Assembly (NCBI GenBank): GCA_964423745.1
Contig: CAYRGG010000006.1
Span: 16,406-80,405, forward strand
Length of the DNA: 64,000 nt
Origin: an uncultured Candidatus Competibacteraceae bacterium
Lineage (GTDB): Bacteria; Pseudomonadota; Gammaproteobacteria; Competibacterales; Competibacteraceae
Reading direction: 5' to 3'
Position 1 is the stretch's first letter. Every line of letters begins with the position of its first letter. The translations under genes were made by a program, and so were the position numbers. Under the pieces are notes generated by a model, which searched no databases, was not told the origin of the DNA, and was given only the letters and a program-made list of their open reading frames with translations. Shown piece after piece: positions 39,315 to 48,584 of this stretch.

Positions 39315-39863
39315 TCAGTCATGTCCACAAAAGGCAGCCAACGAGCAGCTAGCGCACAAGGGGATACGCTTAGCGGTTGGCACGGTTTGTTGTTGCGCCA
39401 ACGCTTGCAAATGCTCAGAGGATTGCCATAGGTTTTCTAGTTGTTTTACATCCAACGGCACCTCGCGGCGTTGGCGCGTAGACAGCACATGGGTAATCGC
39501 TCGCCACGCCTTGCCTGTAGCGATGGATAACAGCACGGCATAAAAGGCGGTCTGGTCATTACTGGCTTCCACAGCGCCTCCGGTATCCTTGTTCTCATAT
39601 ACGATGTGGTTTTCCCAGTCAATCCGATCCGGGGTCAGACCAAACAACCCGATAGTGGAACTATCACGAGCATAGCTGGTGAGATGTTTGGCAGTACCCA
39701 CAGCCACCCGTCCATGCCACTGGGCAAAGTTAATGCCGTGAAAATACATCCACGCCCGCCGCTGACACAGTTTAACGTGTTGAAAGTGCAGACCGTGCAA
39801 ACCGAGTCGATCGACGCGCTCAATAAACGCCGCTGCTCGGTTCCAGCGAAATAGCGTCGTCAT
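39315..39863 (-). CDS. cas4: Cas4 (RecB-like nuclease with an Fe-S cluster cysteine motif).
   Basis: C-terminal Cx2Cx5C (CASCSLAAFC) plus an N-terminal Cys. An ExK-like core IVYENKDTGG. Confidence 0.6.
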   Translation of the reverse strand: MTTLFRWNRAAAFIERVDRLGLHGLHFQHVKLCQRRAWMYFHGINFAQWHGRVAVGTAKHLTSYARDSSTIGLFGLTPDRIDWENHIVYENKDTGGAVEASNDQTAFYAVLLSIATGKAWRAITHVLSTRQRREVPLDVKQLENLWQSSEHLQALAQQQTVPTAKRIPLCASCSLAAFCGHD

Positions 39864-41808
39864 CGGTGTCCACCACTAAACCTGTACAAAGAACTAATTT
39901 TTCCGCTGCCGCTAAAGCCTGCGGATAAGTATCCCAAGGGGCATTAGGGTCGCTGTGCAACTCCCGACGCCACGCATCTGGTAAAAAACCCTTATCATCC
40001 AGTGCAGCTGTGTATTGGGTGTGAGGAAAGTGAACGCTGCGTTTTTTCGCCACATAGCGGTGCTGGTCTCGGAGGGACTCTTCTAGACGACCTTGGATCA
40101 GTAATTCCTCGTCGCCGTCCTCTCCCACCACTGACGGGCAGGTATCCAGTAGGTCAGTCTCACGCCGTAACCAGTTCAAATCAACACTAAGGGTGCGGCC
40201 ACGCTCGTCGCGTACCCGCAGCCGTTGCCCTATGTCCCGCAAGGTGTGAGCGGCCTGTTTGAATTTCGTTAACCAGGTTTTGGCGGGTGCGCAGAAGTAA
40301 GGGTCATCACACAGCTCACCCACCTGCTTGAGCAGCGCAAAAATCATCCCTGCTGTGGGCGGTTGACAAGCCCGCAGATGCTCGCGCCGAGGCCCTTTGT
40401 TGCTTGGATGTTCCAGCAATACATTCCAGTACAATCCAGCACTGTAAGCAGCGCGGTTGTTGAGGCTACCAAAATGTGGGTTGTTCGCGTTTTCGTCTAC
40501 GGGTTTAAAACGGGTTTTGGTATCTCGGGCCAGCACGTTGGTTAGGTCGGCAATCCCGACCACACTGTCGGCATGAGTCTTAAGCCAATGTTGCAATCGT
40601 CGCAACCAGGGATTGCGCTGCTCCATAGCAGCGTCAATCCGCACCCATACCTGACCCTGATGATGACCACGGGCAGCGCGGCCATAACGCTGGAGAAAAT
40701 TGAGTGGTGCAAATCCCGGTTCCATAAATAGTAGATTAGCGCCGAATGTCACGCCCATTTCGACACTGGCCGTGGCGATGAGTACGTCGAAAGCCAAGGG
40801 ATCGTGATCCCGCCCAGCGACAAAGTAATCGTTAAAGTTTTGCCCCTGATGACTGTCGTGGATGCTGTTGACCAGCAATGCTTTACCCGCCACGATGCCT
40901 GCTGAAATAAAATGCCGGTGTAAGGAGGGAAGCTGGCGGATCAAATCCGCCAAGGAATTATAGATGACGACCACCTGTCGCTTGGCCTTGACCTCATCCC
41001 TGACTTGCTGCAGATGCTCACCCAAAAGGTCTGCCAAACAGGCGCTAGGGTGAAAACTCAGAGTCACATCTCCATGGACGGGACGCCCACCAGGAGTAAG
41101 CTTCTCCTCCAACAGCGCCATGTCTGTGTTGTTTACCCCAATCTTGTTCAGCACTGGCGCTATGTCGATGGGTGTGGCAGAGAGAAAAGTGACCTTTGCC
41201 CGTCCGGGGACCACACCGTTTTGCGCTGCGACGGCTAGACGCGCACACACCGCAGCCAGACCAAAACCGCGGCTGTCGATGGTGTGAAATTCATCAAAAA
41301 CCAGGTGATCAAATTGAGTCAGTAGCTCGAAGATACCTTCAGCCCCTTGACCGGCTTGTAAATAACGGCCGATCAATAGATAACTGACTACTTCTGGTAC
41401 CGTAAAGACGATCTCACCGCCCCGGCGTGGCGAAAGCTCATAGAGGTCTCGAAGTCGTTGCACGGTAATCTCGCGCACCCCAATCGCACGTTGCCGTTGC
41501 GCCTCGTCGCTGGTCCATAGGGCAACCTTAGTTTCGGCGAGGGTGGGTTCCCAACCCTGTTCATGGACCAGTGCTAGCCGGGTGCTTTGAGCAAGATTCT
41601 GGGCTAGACGCCGGGTCGGCACGATGAATAATACCCGCGTCTGTTGTTGCGCCACCGCTCGTTGAAAGGCATAGCTTTTGCCCGCGCCAGTGGGTGCGCT
41701 GGCAATGCGTACAGCATGGGGATCATCCAGCAATGCCTGCTGAAAGGGCGATAAGCCAGTTTCTGCGCTGCCACCGTCCACAAAGTGTTTAGCAACGGTC
41801 AATTCCAT
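39820..41808 (-). CDS. cas3: Cas3' superfamily-2 helicase without an HD domain. The start is probably the ATG at 41808, which has a GGAGG Shine-Dalgarno; the ORF track extends to 41874.
   Basis: Walker A SAPTGAGKS close to the N-terminus. DExH box VFDEFH. No room for an HD domain. Confidence 0.7.
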   Translation of the reverse strand: MELTVAKHFVDGGSAETGLSPFQQALLDDPHAVRIASAPTGAGKSYAFQRAVAQQQTRVLFIVPTRRLAQNLAQSTRLALVHEQGWEPTLAETKVALWTSDEAQRQRAIGVREITVQRLRDLYELSPRRGGEIVFTVPEVVSYLLIGRYLQAGQGAEGIFELLTQFDHLVFDEFHTIDSRGFGLAAVCARLAVAAQNGVVPGRAKVTFLSATPIDIAPVLNKIGVNNTDMALLEEKLTPGGRPVHGDVTLSFHPSACLADLLGEHLQQVRDEVKAKRQVVVIYNSLADLIRQLPSLHRHFISAGIVAGKALLVNSIHDSHQGQNFNDYFVAGRDHDPLAFDVLIATASVEMGVTFGANLLFMEPGFAPLNFLQRYGRAARGHHQGQVWVRIDAAMEQRNPWLRRLQHWLKTHADSVVGIADLTNVLARDTKTRFKPVDENANNPHFGSLNNRAAYSAGLYWNVLLEHPSNKGPRREHLRACQPPTAGMIFALLKQVGELCDDPYFCAPAKTWLTKFKQAAHTLRDIGQRLRVRDERGRTLSVDLNWLRRETDLLDTCPSVVGEDGDEELLIQGRLEESLRDQHRYVAKKRSVHFPHTQYTAALDDKGFLPDAWRRELHSDPNAPWDTYPQALAAAEKLVLCTGLVVDTDDDAISLEPSSGVY

Positions 41809-42446
41809 TGGTTGACCTCCGCGAAGGCATCTTGCAAAGGCATCTCGGCGCTGAGTTGTAAGCTGTGGAGGCAATAGCGGCTTACTCGTAGCCGGCTGCG
41901 CGGATTGAACAACACTGCCGTGGCAGCGTTCAACCGCACCGAGTTCACAGGGGTTTCAGCATCACAGGGTTTGAGCGCCACCATACCATTACGGTGCAGA
42001 CCGACGCGAATGACTAGCATGTCCTTACCCGTGTAGGCAAAGGGATTAAACCCGAACACAGCGCCGTAGAAGTGTTGGTCGGGCGGCACTTCTTGGGTGT
42101 GAAAAAAGGTTTTAAGGTTGCCTTTGCGGGTAACATCATCGAGTTTTTTTTGAAACCCCCCTTCACTATCTAGGTTAAACCGCCGCGTTAGCGGGGCTAA
42201 TAGACGCGGTTCCGGGGTGGTAAGTACCGATGTTCGGTACGGCATGGCCCTCAAATGACGGCGATAGTCTTTATCCGGCAACAACAGACGTGCGTCCATC
42301 CAGCCTAAAGTAGCGGCCAACCCAAAGGCCAATGCCTGGTCGCCAATCAACTCCGGCAGGGTGGCACTACCACCTTGCACCATTAAACTGTGGTAAGCAA
42401 AGGGGGTTAGGGTAATAGCCTGAATTGGGGTGATGATGGATTCCAT
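41799..42446 (-). CDS. cas5: Cas5-group RAMP (Csc1-like).
   Basis: 215 aa. Glycine-rich segments typical of RAMPs. Its position between cas7 and cas3', and the AGGAG Shine-Dalgarno, also fit. Confidence 0.45.
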   Translation of the reverse strand: MESIITPIQAITLTPFAYHSLMVQGGSATLPELIGDQALAFGLAATLGWMDARLLLPDKDYRRHLRAMPYRTSVLTTPEPRLLAPLTRRFNLDSEGGFQKKLDDVTRKGNLKTFFHTQEVPPDQHFYGAVFGFNPFAYTGKDMLVIRVGLHRNGMVALKPCDAETPVNSVRLNAATAVLFNPRSRLRVSRYCLHSLQLSAEMPLQDAFAEVNQWN

Positions 42447-42470
42447 AAGATGACTCCTTGAGTAGTCGAT

Positions 42471-43478
42471 TCAGCTGGCTTTTTTGCTGCCAAACCAGCT
42501 GTCGAACAAGTTGGCCACCTGCTTGGCTACGCCTCGATATTGATCTCGTAAGCTCCCATCATCCCCTTCAAAACGCTCAATCAAGCGGTGCAGATAATCT
42601 TCTAACGAAGCGCCATCTACGGTGGCCGGGTGTAGATTGGCAAGTCGGTTATGGAGCGATTGGGTTACGGCATTGACGTCACTGAGCTGGGATTCGGGCA
42701 ACTCTTTTAGCAGAGTTTTCAGCAGTTCGTAGGGAGAAGTTTCCGCCCGCTCAAAGGGCGCGGCGTAGGCCCCTACGAAGTAGGTGCGGATGTTAGTGCC
42801 GGTGAGGGAGGTTTGGCCGCCGTAAGCCCCTGCCAGGCCCAGGCATAGCAACAGATGATCTAAACCTTCCCGGGGTAACACCTGTCCCCGAGTCGATAAT
42901 ACTTGCATCAACAGCGTCCCCGGCGTCACGAAGTGGCGGGTAAACAAGTTTTCGCTGTTTTTCTTCTCCACGGCATCGAACAGCGTGCCATCCTCGGCAG
43001 CACGGTTATGGAATGTCTCGTCAACACACAGATGTTTTGGCAACAGACTCAAGGCATCAGAATAATTGACGGCGGCTTTGACCGGCAACACCCGGTTGTC
43101 TTGCGTGGTGGAATCACCGAACACGAGGGTGTTCAGGTCAAAGGCTTCCGAGGGTGCTTGCCCTTTATTGAGTGCCGTCCGGTTTTGCGGGTGTCGCCCT
43201 CCGACGCCATAGGCTCGCAGGATTTGTAGCCCCCGCCCCTTTTCTGGATATTTGAACTTATTGGGTACAGCTCGCATATGGACGCTGCCATCCAGGTCGA
43301 TGTCGGTGATTTCTTCTTCAGCATTGCGAAATACGCTAGGTGCGATGGTTTTTCGCAATAGTACTAAACTGACACTGCCGAGATTCTTTAAGGCGGGATG
43401 GATATATTGCTGTTTTCCGTCGCTACTGGTATCGGTGAGATGGGTAAGCTCGGCGAGAAAGGGGTTTAAGGTATCCAT
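42471..43478 (-). CDS. cas7: Cas7-group RAMP (Csc2-like). The start is taken at the ATG at 43478, which has a strong AGGAGA Shine-Dalgarno.
   Basis: About 335 aa. Its position after the large subunit fits. The Shine-Dalgarno overlaps the stop of the upstream gene. Confidence 0.45.
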   Translation of the reverse strand: MDTLNPFLAELTHLTDTSSDGKQQYIHPALKNLGSVSLVLLRKTIAPSVFRNAEEEITDIDLDGSVHMRAVPNKFKYPEKGRGLQILRAYGVGGRHPQNRTALNKGQAPSEAFDLNTLVFGDSTTQDNRVLPVKAAVNYSDALSLLPKHLCVDETFHNRAAEDGTLFDAVEKKNSENLFTRHFVTPGTLLMQVLSTRGQVLPREGLDHLLLCLGLAGAYGGQTSLTGTNIRTYFVGAYAAPFERAETSPYELLKTLLKELPESQLSDVNAVTQSLHNRLANLHPATVDGASLEDYLHRLIERFEGDDGSLRDQYRGVAKQVANLFDSWFGSKKAS

Positions 43479-43480
43479 GG

Positions 43481-46303
43481 TTACTTCTCCTCTTTGTTTT
43501 GAATGTGGCGGGCGCTGTTGATAAACGCCATACGGTAAATACTGCCCAACAGGCGCAGCTGGCTTTGGCTGGGCAATCGATCGGCCAGTGCGCCATGCCA
43601 GACATGGTTGACGAAGTAGTCGGCAAATGCGGTACAAACTTCACGGCGTTTGCTGGCCGCTTTTAAAAAGGTTTTGTCTTTACGGTCAAGGTTGATATCC
43701 AATTCCCCCGCGATGCCGTTGACCAGGGAGGTATCATCCATTTGGCGGGTTTTTAACAGGATGCGCAGGCTGTCCATCGCTAATTTAAACATCAGCATGG
43801 TTTCGTTGGCAGAGGCGTTAGCGCCAGGACGCTTTTGGATATTGGCGGCCATTTCTCCGAGCCTGACCAGGGGGGCTTCCGATTCACTCATGGCAAAATT
43901 CTCCTTTATGTCACAGTATTGATTGTTAAAGAGCTGACGAACATGTTTTATACGGTAGCTGTCGGTGCTTGCCCCTTCAGAGAGGCGCTTGTCGAACTGC
44001 TGCACGGCAAGGCAGATGGCACCAAAGCGGGTGTTACCCTCGGAATAAGCGCGTAACACCTCGTAGCCCAAAGGGTTTTCGTTTAATAGCACGCGGGCGA
44101 TTTCCAGCCTATCCAACGCGGCGGGGATCTGTTCCAGGCGTAGGCCGTGGGCATTCAGCAAATTTTCCAGTATCCGCGGTAAGGCATCGCAATAAAAGAA
44201 CTCCTTGCGGGGTGTGGGCAGACCACGGAATACATGTAATGGCCGACCGATACGGCGACAGGCCCGCAGCATCATGTCCAGCATTTCAATCTGCTCAGCC
44301 AGTTTTTCTGGCCAGCGCTCAAACCGAGCTATGCGCTGACGCCCTCGGAACATGGGCAGCCCGGTGACGACGCGGCCTTTTTTCACTTCCTGGCGACTGA
44401 GGTCAAACAGCGATAGGTGTTCGTTATCGCTAGACAAGGCCAAGCCGCCGAATAGCCCATTGGTGGTGGGTGAGGAGATCAAGCTGGGTACACCGCTGGG
44501 TTTGGCTCTTACCTGCGCAAATAGGTTTTCCCGCAGCCGATGCTCAGCGATGGAGGTGGGACTGACATTGGTGTGCCCACTTGCCTGGCGCAAATTTTCA
44601 GGTCGATTGTCACGGCCGGAAAAAGCCGACACTTTGACCTGGTACAGTCCTAAGGAGTCACGGATAGGGGAACCCCATGGTACCGGCTCGTCGGTGAACA
44701 AACAGCGCCCCGTTTCTGTTTCATCCACAGCCTTTACCCGTTCGTGCAGTAGCAGTTGCCGGTAACGCTGTACCACCGCTGGATTAATGTACTCACCTGC
44801 GGTAGCTAGGCTGTCTTTAAAACTCGGGCAATCATCCCTACCTTCCCACCAACGCCACAGCAAGCCCTCCTTACCCCAAATCGTGTCTTCAATATCAGGA
44901 TTGATATAGGTTTCACCCAGCAGCCATAGGGCAGTCAGCGCACGTCTTGATCCGCCATCGTCAATGGTTACCAGCCACTTTGGTTGGCCTAGATCAACCT
45001 CCCTTAGCAAGGTTTGCTCACGCTTAGTATAATCCGGGTAATCCGCCTTTTTGTCTTTTGATAGGTCGAGGTTCAGCACCAGCGCCAGTATCGCCGCTTT
45101 GCGTAAATCGACGACTGCCTGCGGGTGTAGGTCAGCGAGACTGGCATAGGGACTCAGGGTAGCACCGGTGATCTTCTCCGGCCAGCGGGGTGCGAGGTCC
45201 AGCGGCTCTAAACACTGCTCTAAGGGGTCAGCCACCACATCCCGTAACGATGCCTTGATGTTAAATAGCCTAGCGATGTCCCCCTCGTTGACAGTTTCTT
45301 GCAAGAATTGAGTCAGCTCAGGGTAATTTGGGCGGGCGTTTTGTAATATGGGTGTGCCCCGATTAGTGATGGTGAGTTCTAATCGAAACGGTAATCGCTG
45401 GGGTAGCTGATCTATTGCCCGTTCCACAATCGCCGGGTGCTGTTGTTTTGGCAACAGCATATATAAACAACCATCCTCATGGGCCTCAATCAGGGGCGGT
45501 AGTCCCGATAGTCGGGTGCAGTTTGTCGAAAGGAGCGTCTGCATTTCATCGACAATGAAGGGATGATGGGGATCATAGATTTCCACCGACTCCCACTCCC
45601 CAAGTTCTAAAGTGCGGTCTTCAATGAGCCGTTTTTTTACGCCTTCCAAACCATCCGTGTGCCAAATTCCGTCGAGCTTATCGGCAAGTTTTATAAAACG
45701 GGTTAAGCCTATATAGTCACGAGGCGGCAGGATTTTGGGCACGCTGCGTTGGGCTTGCAAGTCTTCCACCCGTTCGATGAGATAGAGCACTTGGTCTGGC
45801 GTTAAATGGATACTGCGGCGTTCAAAAAATTTATCGAGTCCGTAACGGGTCATCCGCTCGGCTATCATGGTTTTTGTCAGCGGTGTGTTACGGTCTAGCA
45901 TTAGATCTTTGTCGATGTCGTGCAGGAAAGCGACGACGACCACAATAACGAGTAGTATTTGCAAGTCGTCCGGTTCGATACCGCCGCGGAGTTTATCGAG
46001 CGCAGTCAGCACCAATGCCCCGCGGGTGACTGACAGTTGATGATCCAACAGGGTGATGTTGCGGCTTATCGCATAGCGGGCAGCGAACTCTGGATCAGGA
46101 CTCCAACCCCCTTTACCGCTGATGCTCATCAACCGGACTACCCGGATATCCACATGGGTTCCTTTATCGATAGCTTTTCGCTGTTTTTCGCTCAGGGGTT
46201 TTTCCCGATCCCTAAGCACACCCCCTTCGATAACCTCTTCTAGGAATTCCTGATAGATTTTCTCTGTCAACTGCCGGGCCAGCGATAATCGTTGGATATT
46301 CAT
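43481..46303 (-). CDS. cas10d: CRISPR large subunit with an N-terminal HD nuclease motif (Cas10d-like). The start is taken at the ATG at 46303, which overlaps the cas6 stop as ATGA.
   Basis: About 940 aa. The HD-domain motif FLHDIDKDL resembles Cas3 HD motif II. It is the largest gene of the operon. Confidence 0.55.
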   Translation of the reverse strand: MNIQRLSLARQLTEKIYQEFLEEVIEGGVLRDREKPLSEKQRKAIDKGTHVDIRVVRLMSISGKGGWSPDPEFAARYAISRNITLLDHQLSVTRGALVLTALDKLRGGIEPDDLQILLVIVVVVAFLHDIDKDLMLDRNTPLTKTMIAERMTRYGLDKFFERRSIHLTPDQVLYLIERVEDLQAQRSVPKILPPRDYIGLTRFIKLADKLDGIWHTDGLEGVKKRLIEDRTLELGEWESVEIYDPHHPFIVDEMQTLLSTNCTRLSGLPPLIEAHEDGCLYMLLPKQQHPAIVERAIDQLPQRLPFRLELTITNRGTPILQNARPNYPELTQFLQETVNEGDIARLFNIKASLRDVVADPLEQCLEPLDLAPRWPEKITGATLSPYASLADLHPQAVVDLRKAAILALVLNLDLSKDKKADYPDYTKREQTLLREVDLGQPKWLVTIDDGGSRRALTALWLLGETYINPDIEDTIWGKEGLLWRWWEGRDDCPSFKDSLATAGEYINPAVVQRYRQLLLHERVKAVDETETGRCLFTDEPVPWGSPIRDSLGLYQVKVSAFSGRDNRPENLRQASGHTNVSPTSIAEHRLRENLFAQVRAKPSGVPSLISSPTTNGLFGGLALSSDNEHLSLFDLSRQEVKKGRVVTGLPMFRGRQRIARFERWPEKLAEQIEMLDMMLRACRRIGRPLHVFRGLPTPRKEFFYCDALPRILENLLNAHGLRLEQIPAALDRLEIARVLLNENPLGYEVLRAYSEGNTRFGAICLAVQQFDKRLSEGASTDSYRIKHVRQLFNNQYCDIKENFAMSESEAPLVRLGEMAANIQKRPGANASANETMLMFKLAMDSLRILLKTRQMDDTSLVNGIAGELDINLDRKDKTFLKAASKRREVCTAFADYFVNHVWHGALADRLPSQSQLRLLGSIYRMAFINSARHIQNKEEK

Positions 46304-47028
46304 CGTCCTACTCCCTGCTCCAATAATCCTAGACAACCGAATCCACTGCGGGTCTTTTCCCCGATGCCGGCATACCAAGCGAGGCGCAGATCCACTTCGC
46401 TGCCCGCTAATACCAACGGTGCCCTCATGCCAATTACAAAGCTGCGTTTGCCGTTAGCCATTTTTTTCAGTGGCACCAATACGGAATGCTCAGGATTTGC
46501 CCGCAGATACAATCGATCGGGTTGGGCCTGTAACCGCACCTCGCGGCCAGCAAGACGGGACAATCGGCGGTTAATGACAGTGGCTAAGTCGATGCTGCTT
46601 AAGTCTTTAAGCCAACGTTTACGGTTGTTTTCCCGGATGCTGATTGCCAGTGGCGAGAGCATCAACAAACCCATAACCCCCTCGCCCGGTGGTATAGGAT
46701 CTTGTTCTTGAATAACCTCGGCAGAACTAAAATCGATCATCTCAGCGGTTTGAGCGCGAGCGTGACGAATGTGGACGGGGTCCATTTGCCGGAGTTTTTG
46801 CGCCAACCTGGGATCGAGTGTGGATACCACCAAGGTATGTACGCTGCTAGCATCTTTGTATCGACGGCCTAAAGCTGCGAAATTCCAGGGACTTGCCGAT
46901 GAGCCTATTATCTCCTCAGCCTCAACACCGGTGGCTGTAAAACCGTTGATAAGGGCATCATGGAGGAGGTCGAGGTGTTGGTAGCAAGCCGTTTTAGGTA
47001 AACGTATCCGTATGCGATTCATAGACAT
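46300..47028 (-). CDS. cas6: Cas6 crRNA endoribonuclease.
   Basis: C-terminal glycine-rich loop GIGEKTRSGFGCLG. 242 aa. It is the first gene of the operon. Confidence 0.6.
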   Translation of the reverse strand: MSMNRIRIRLPKTACYQHLDLLHDALINGFTATGVEAEEIIGSSASPWNFAALGRRYKDASSVHTLVVSTLDPRLAQKLRQMDPVHIRHARAQTAEMIDFSSAEVIQEQDPIPPGEGVMGLLMLSPLAISIRENNRKRWLKDLSSIDLATVINRRLSRLAGREVRLQAQPDRLYLRANPEHSVLVPLKKMANGKRSFVIGMRAPLVLAGSEVDLRLAWYAGIGEKTRSGFGCLGLLEQGVGR

Positions 47029-47094
47029 TTCCTCAAAATAAGCTATGCTTTTTAGTGTAAATATTTTTTTTACCTAAGTAATAGTGAACCTGTC

Positions 47095-47892
47095 ATGAAA
47101 AATGACATATATGAACGATTTACTTACATCGAAACTCGGCTTTGGTGGGGCGATGGCGTAACAGCAAGCGAGTTGGCTAAAACATTTGGTTTAGCTCGCC
47201 AGACTGCGCAGGGGGTCATCGATCTTTACCGGCGTCAGCATCCAGGCACCCTTATTTATGACGAATCCCGCCGACGCCAAATTGCAACACCAGATTTTAA
47301 ACCTACCTATATTCGACCTAAACCCGCAGCTTTCTTGGATTATCTACGGGGGCAAGCAATGACTGCCTACTATATGGAAGAAAAGGATTGGACGGATTTA
47401 CCTTTTGAGGATGTAGATCACCTGCTCAGGCCTGCCTTAAGCAGAGAACCCATAGAGGTTTTGTTGTCAGCGTTACGCCATCAACGTGCAGTAACCATCA
47501 ATTATTTTTCTAAAAGAAGGGCTCGTTTGCGGGATATTTCCCCGCACCGTCTGATCTTTGCCGGTAATCGTTATCATGTACGCGGCTATTGCCACGTTAC
47601 GAATGATTTTTTCGACTTTGTTTTATCGAGAATCGATCATGCGGAAACGTCTCTGACCGAATGGGTCGCCGACCAGGATGACGAAAAATGGCATAGGTTT
47701 GTGGACCTGTGTTTTAAACCCAACGAAAAGCTTCCTCCTGAAACTTATAGAGCGCTGGTTTATGATTATCCATTGGATGACCAAAATATTTATAAGGTGC
47801 CTTGTCGGGAAGCTTTAGTCCTTTACGTGGAAAGAGAGCTGATAGCAACTAACCCTAAATATGGTTACTCGCTTTGGGTTCGTGTAAAGTGA
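47095..47892 (+). CDS. WYL-domain transcriptional regulator (HTH plus WYL), divergent from the cas operon.
   Basis: The WYL-domain core is RHQRAVTINYFSKRRARLRDISPHRLIFAGNRYHVRGYCH...FVLSRI. The N-terminal segment is HTH-like. Confidence 0.65.
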   Translation: MKNDIYERFTYIETRLWWGDGVTASELAKTFGLARQTAQGVIDLYRRQHPGTLIYDESRRRQIATPDFKPTYIRPKPAAFLDYLRGQAMTAYYMEEKDWTDLPFEDVDHLLRPALSREPIEVLLSALRHQRAVTINYFSKRRARLRDISPHRLIFAGNRYHVRGYCHVTNDFFDFVLSRIDHAETSLTEWVADQDDEKWHRFVDLCFKPNEKLPPETYRALVYDYPLDDQNIYKVPCREALVLYVERELIATNPKYGYSLWVRVK

Positions 47893-47969
47893 CGTATGAC
47901 AACCCCGTTCAGTCTTTAAGGGCTTTTTTTATCAACCTTAATATACAAATATTTGAATTTAGAAATTTT

Positions 47970-48584
47970 TTAATATTCTTGTATACCCACAAAAACCAAA
48001 TACTGCCACAACCCACCATAAGCTCCTTGGATATCTACGGTCAGCGGTCTAAACAAACCCTGCAACTTAGGCAGCAGATGGCCTTCCATGCGCACATGAT
48101 TCATTCCCATCCAGCGCTTGAAAAAATCAAACCTTGAATTGTGGAAATCCACTACCGCTATCACACCACCGGGTTTTAGGTCCCTTGCGGCCGCGTCGAT
48201 GGCCTGTTCCCAACCAGGGTTTATCATGGACAATGAATAAGAAAAGAGGATCACATCAAAGGGTTTTTCAGAAGCTAGTGGACGATCATAGGGTTGTTGC
48301 AGGAGTTGCACACGCCCTCGTTCGAGACCCAGGTTACTGCGGGCCTGTTTGAGCATATCCGCTGATATGTCGACGCCCACCAGCTCGGCGTCAGGAAATT
48401 GCTGGCATAGGGTTGCCAGGTTTTTGCCAGTGCCGCAGCCTACCTCCAGAATATGAGCAGGATGGTGCTGAGCTAAATGTTTTTGGATAATCGTTGAACG
48501 TCCAAATAAAAAACTCCAGCGGGTTGCATCGTAAACCTTAGCGTGAAAACGGTAGTAGCGCTCGATATTCTCAAAGGCGGTCAT
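47970..48584 (-). CDS. Class I SAM-dependent methyltransferase (BtaB-like).
   Basis: ILEVGCGTGKN motif I. 204 aa. ATGA-type overlap with the upstream DUF3419 gene. Confidence 0.55.
   Translation of the reverse strand: MTAFENIERYYRFHAKVYDATRWSFLFGRSTIIQKHLAQHHPAHILEVGCGTGKNLATLCQQFPDAELVGVDISADMLKQARSNLGLERGRVQLLQQPYDRPLASEKPFDVILFSYSLSMINPGWEQAIDAAARDLKPGGVIAVVDFHNSRFDFFKRWMGMNHVRMEGHLLPKLQGLFRPLTVDIQGAYGGLWQYLVFVGIQEY

Noticed and set aside
43650-44765. Several 90-137 aa plus-strand ORFs (43650-43922, 43969-44367, 44352-44765).
   Set aside because: All are antisense within the large cas10d-like gene and are proline- and arginine-rich shadow frames.
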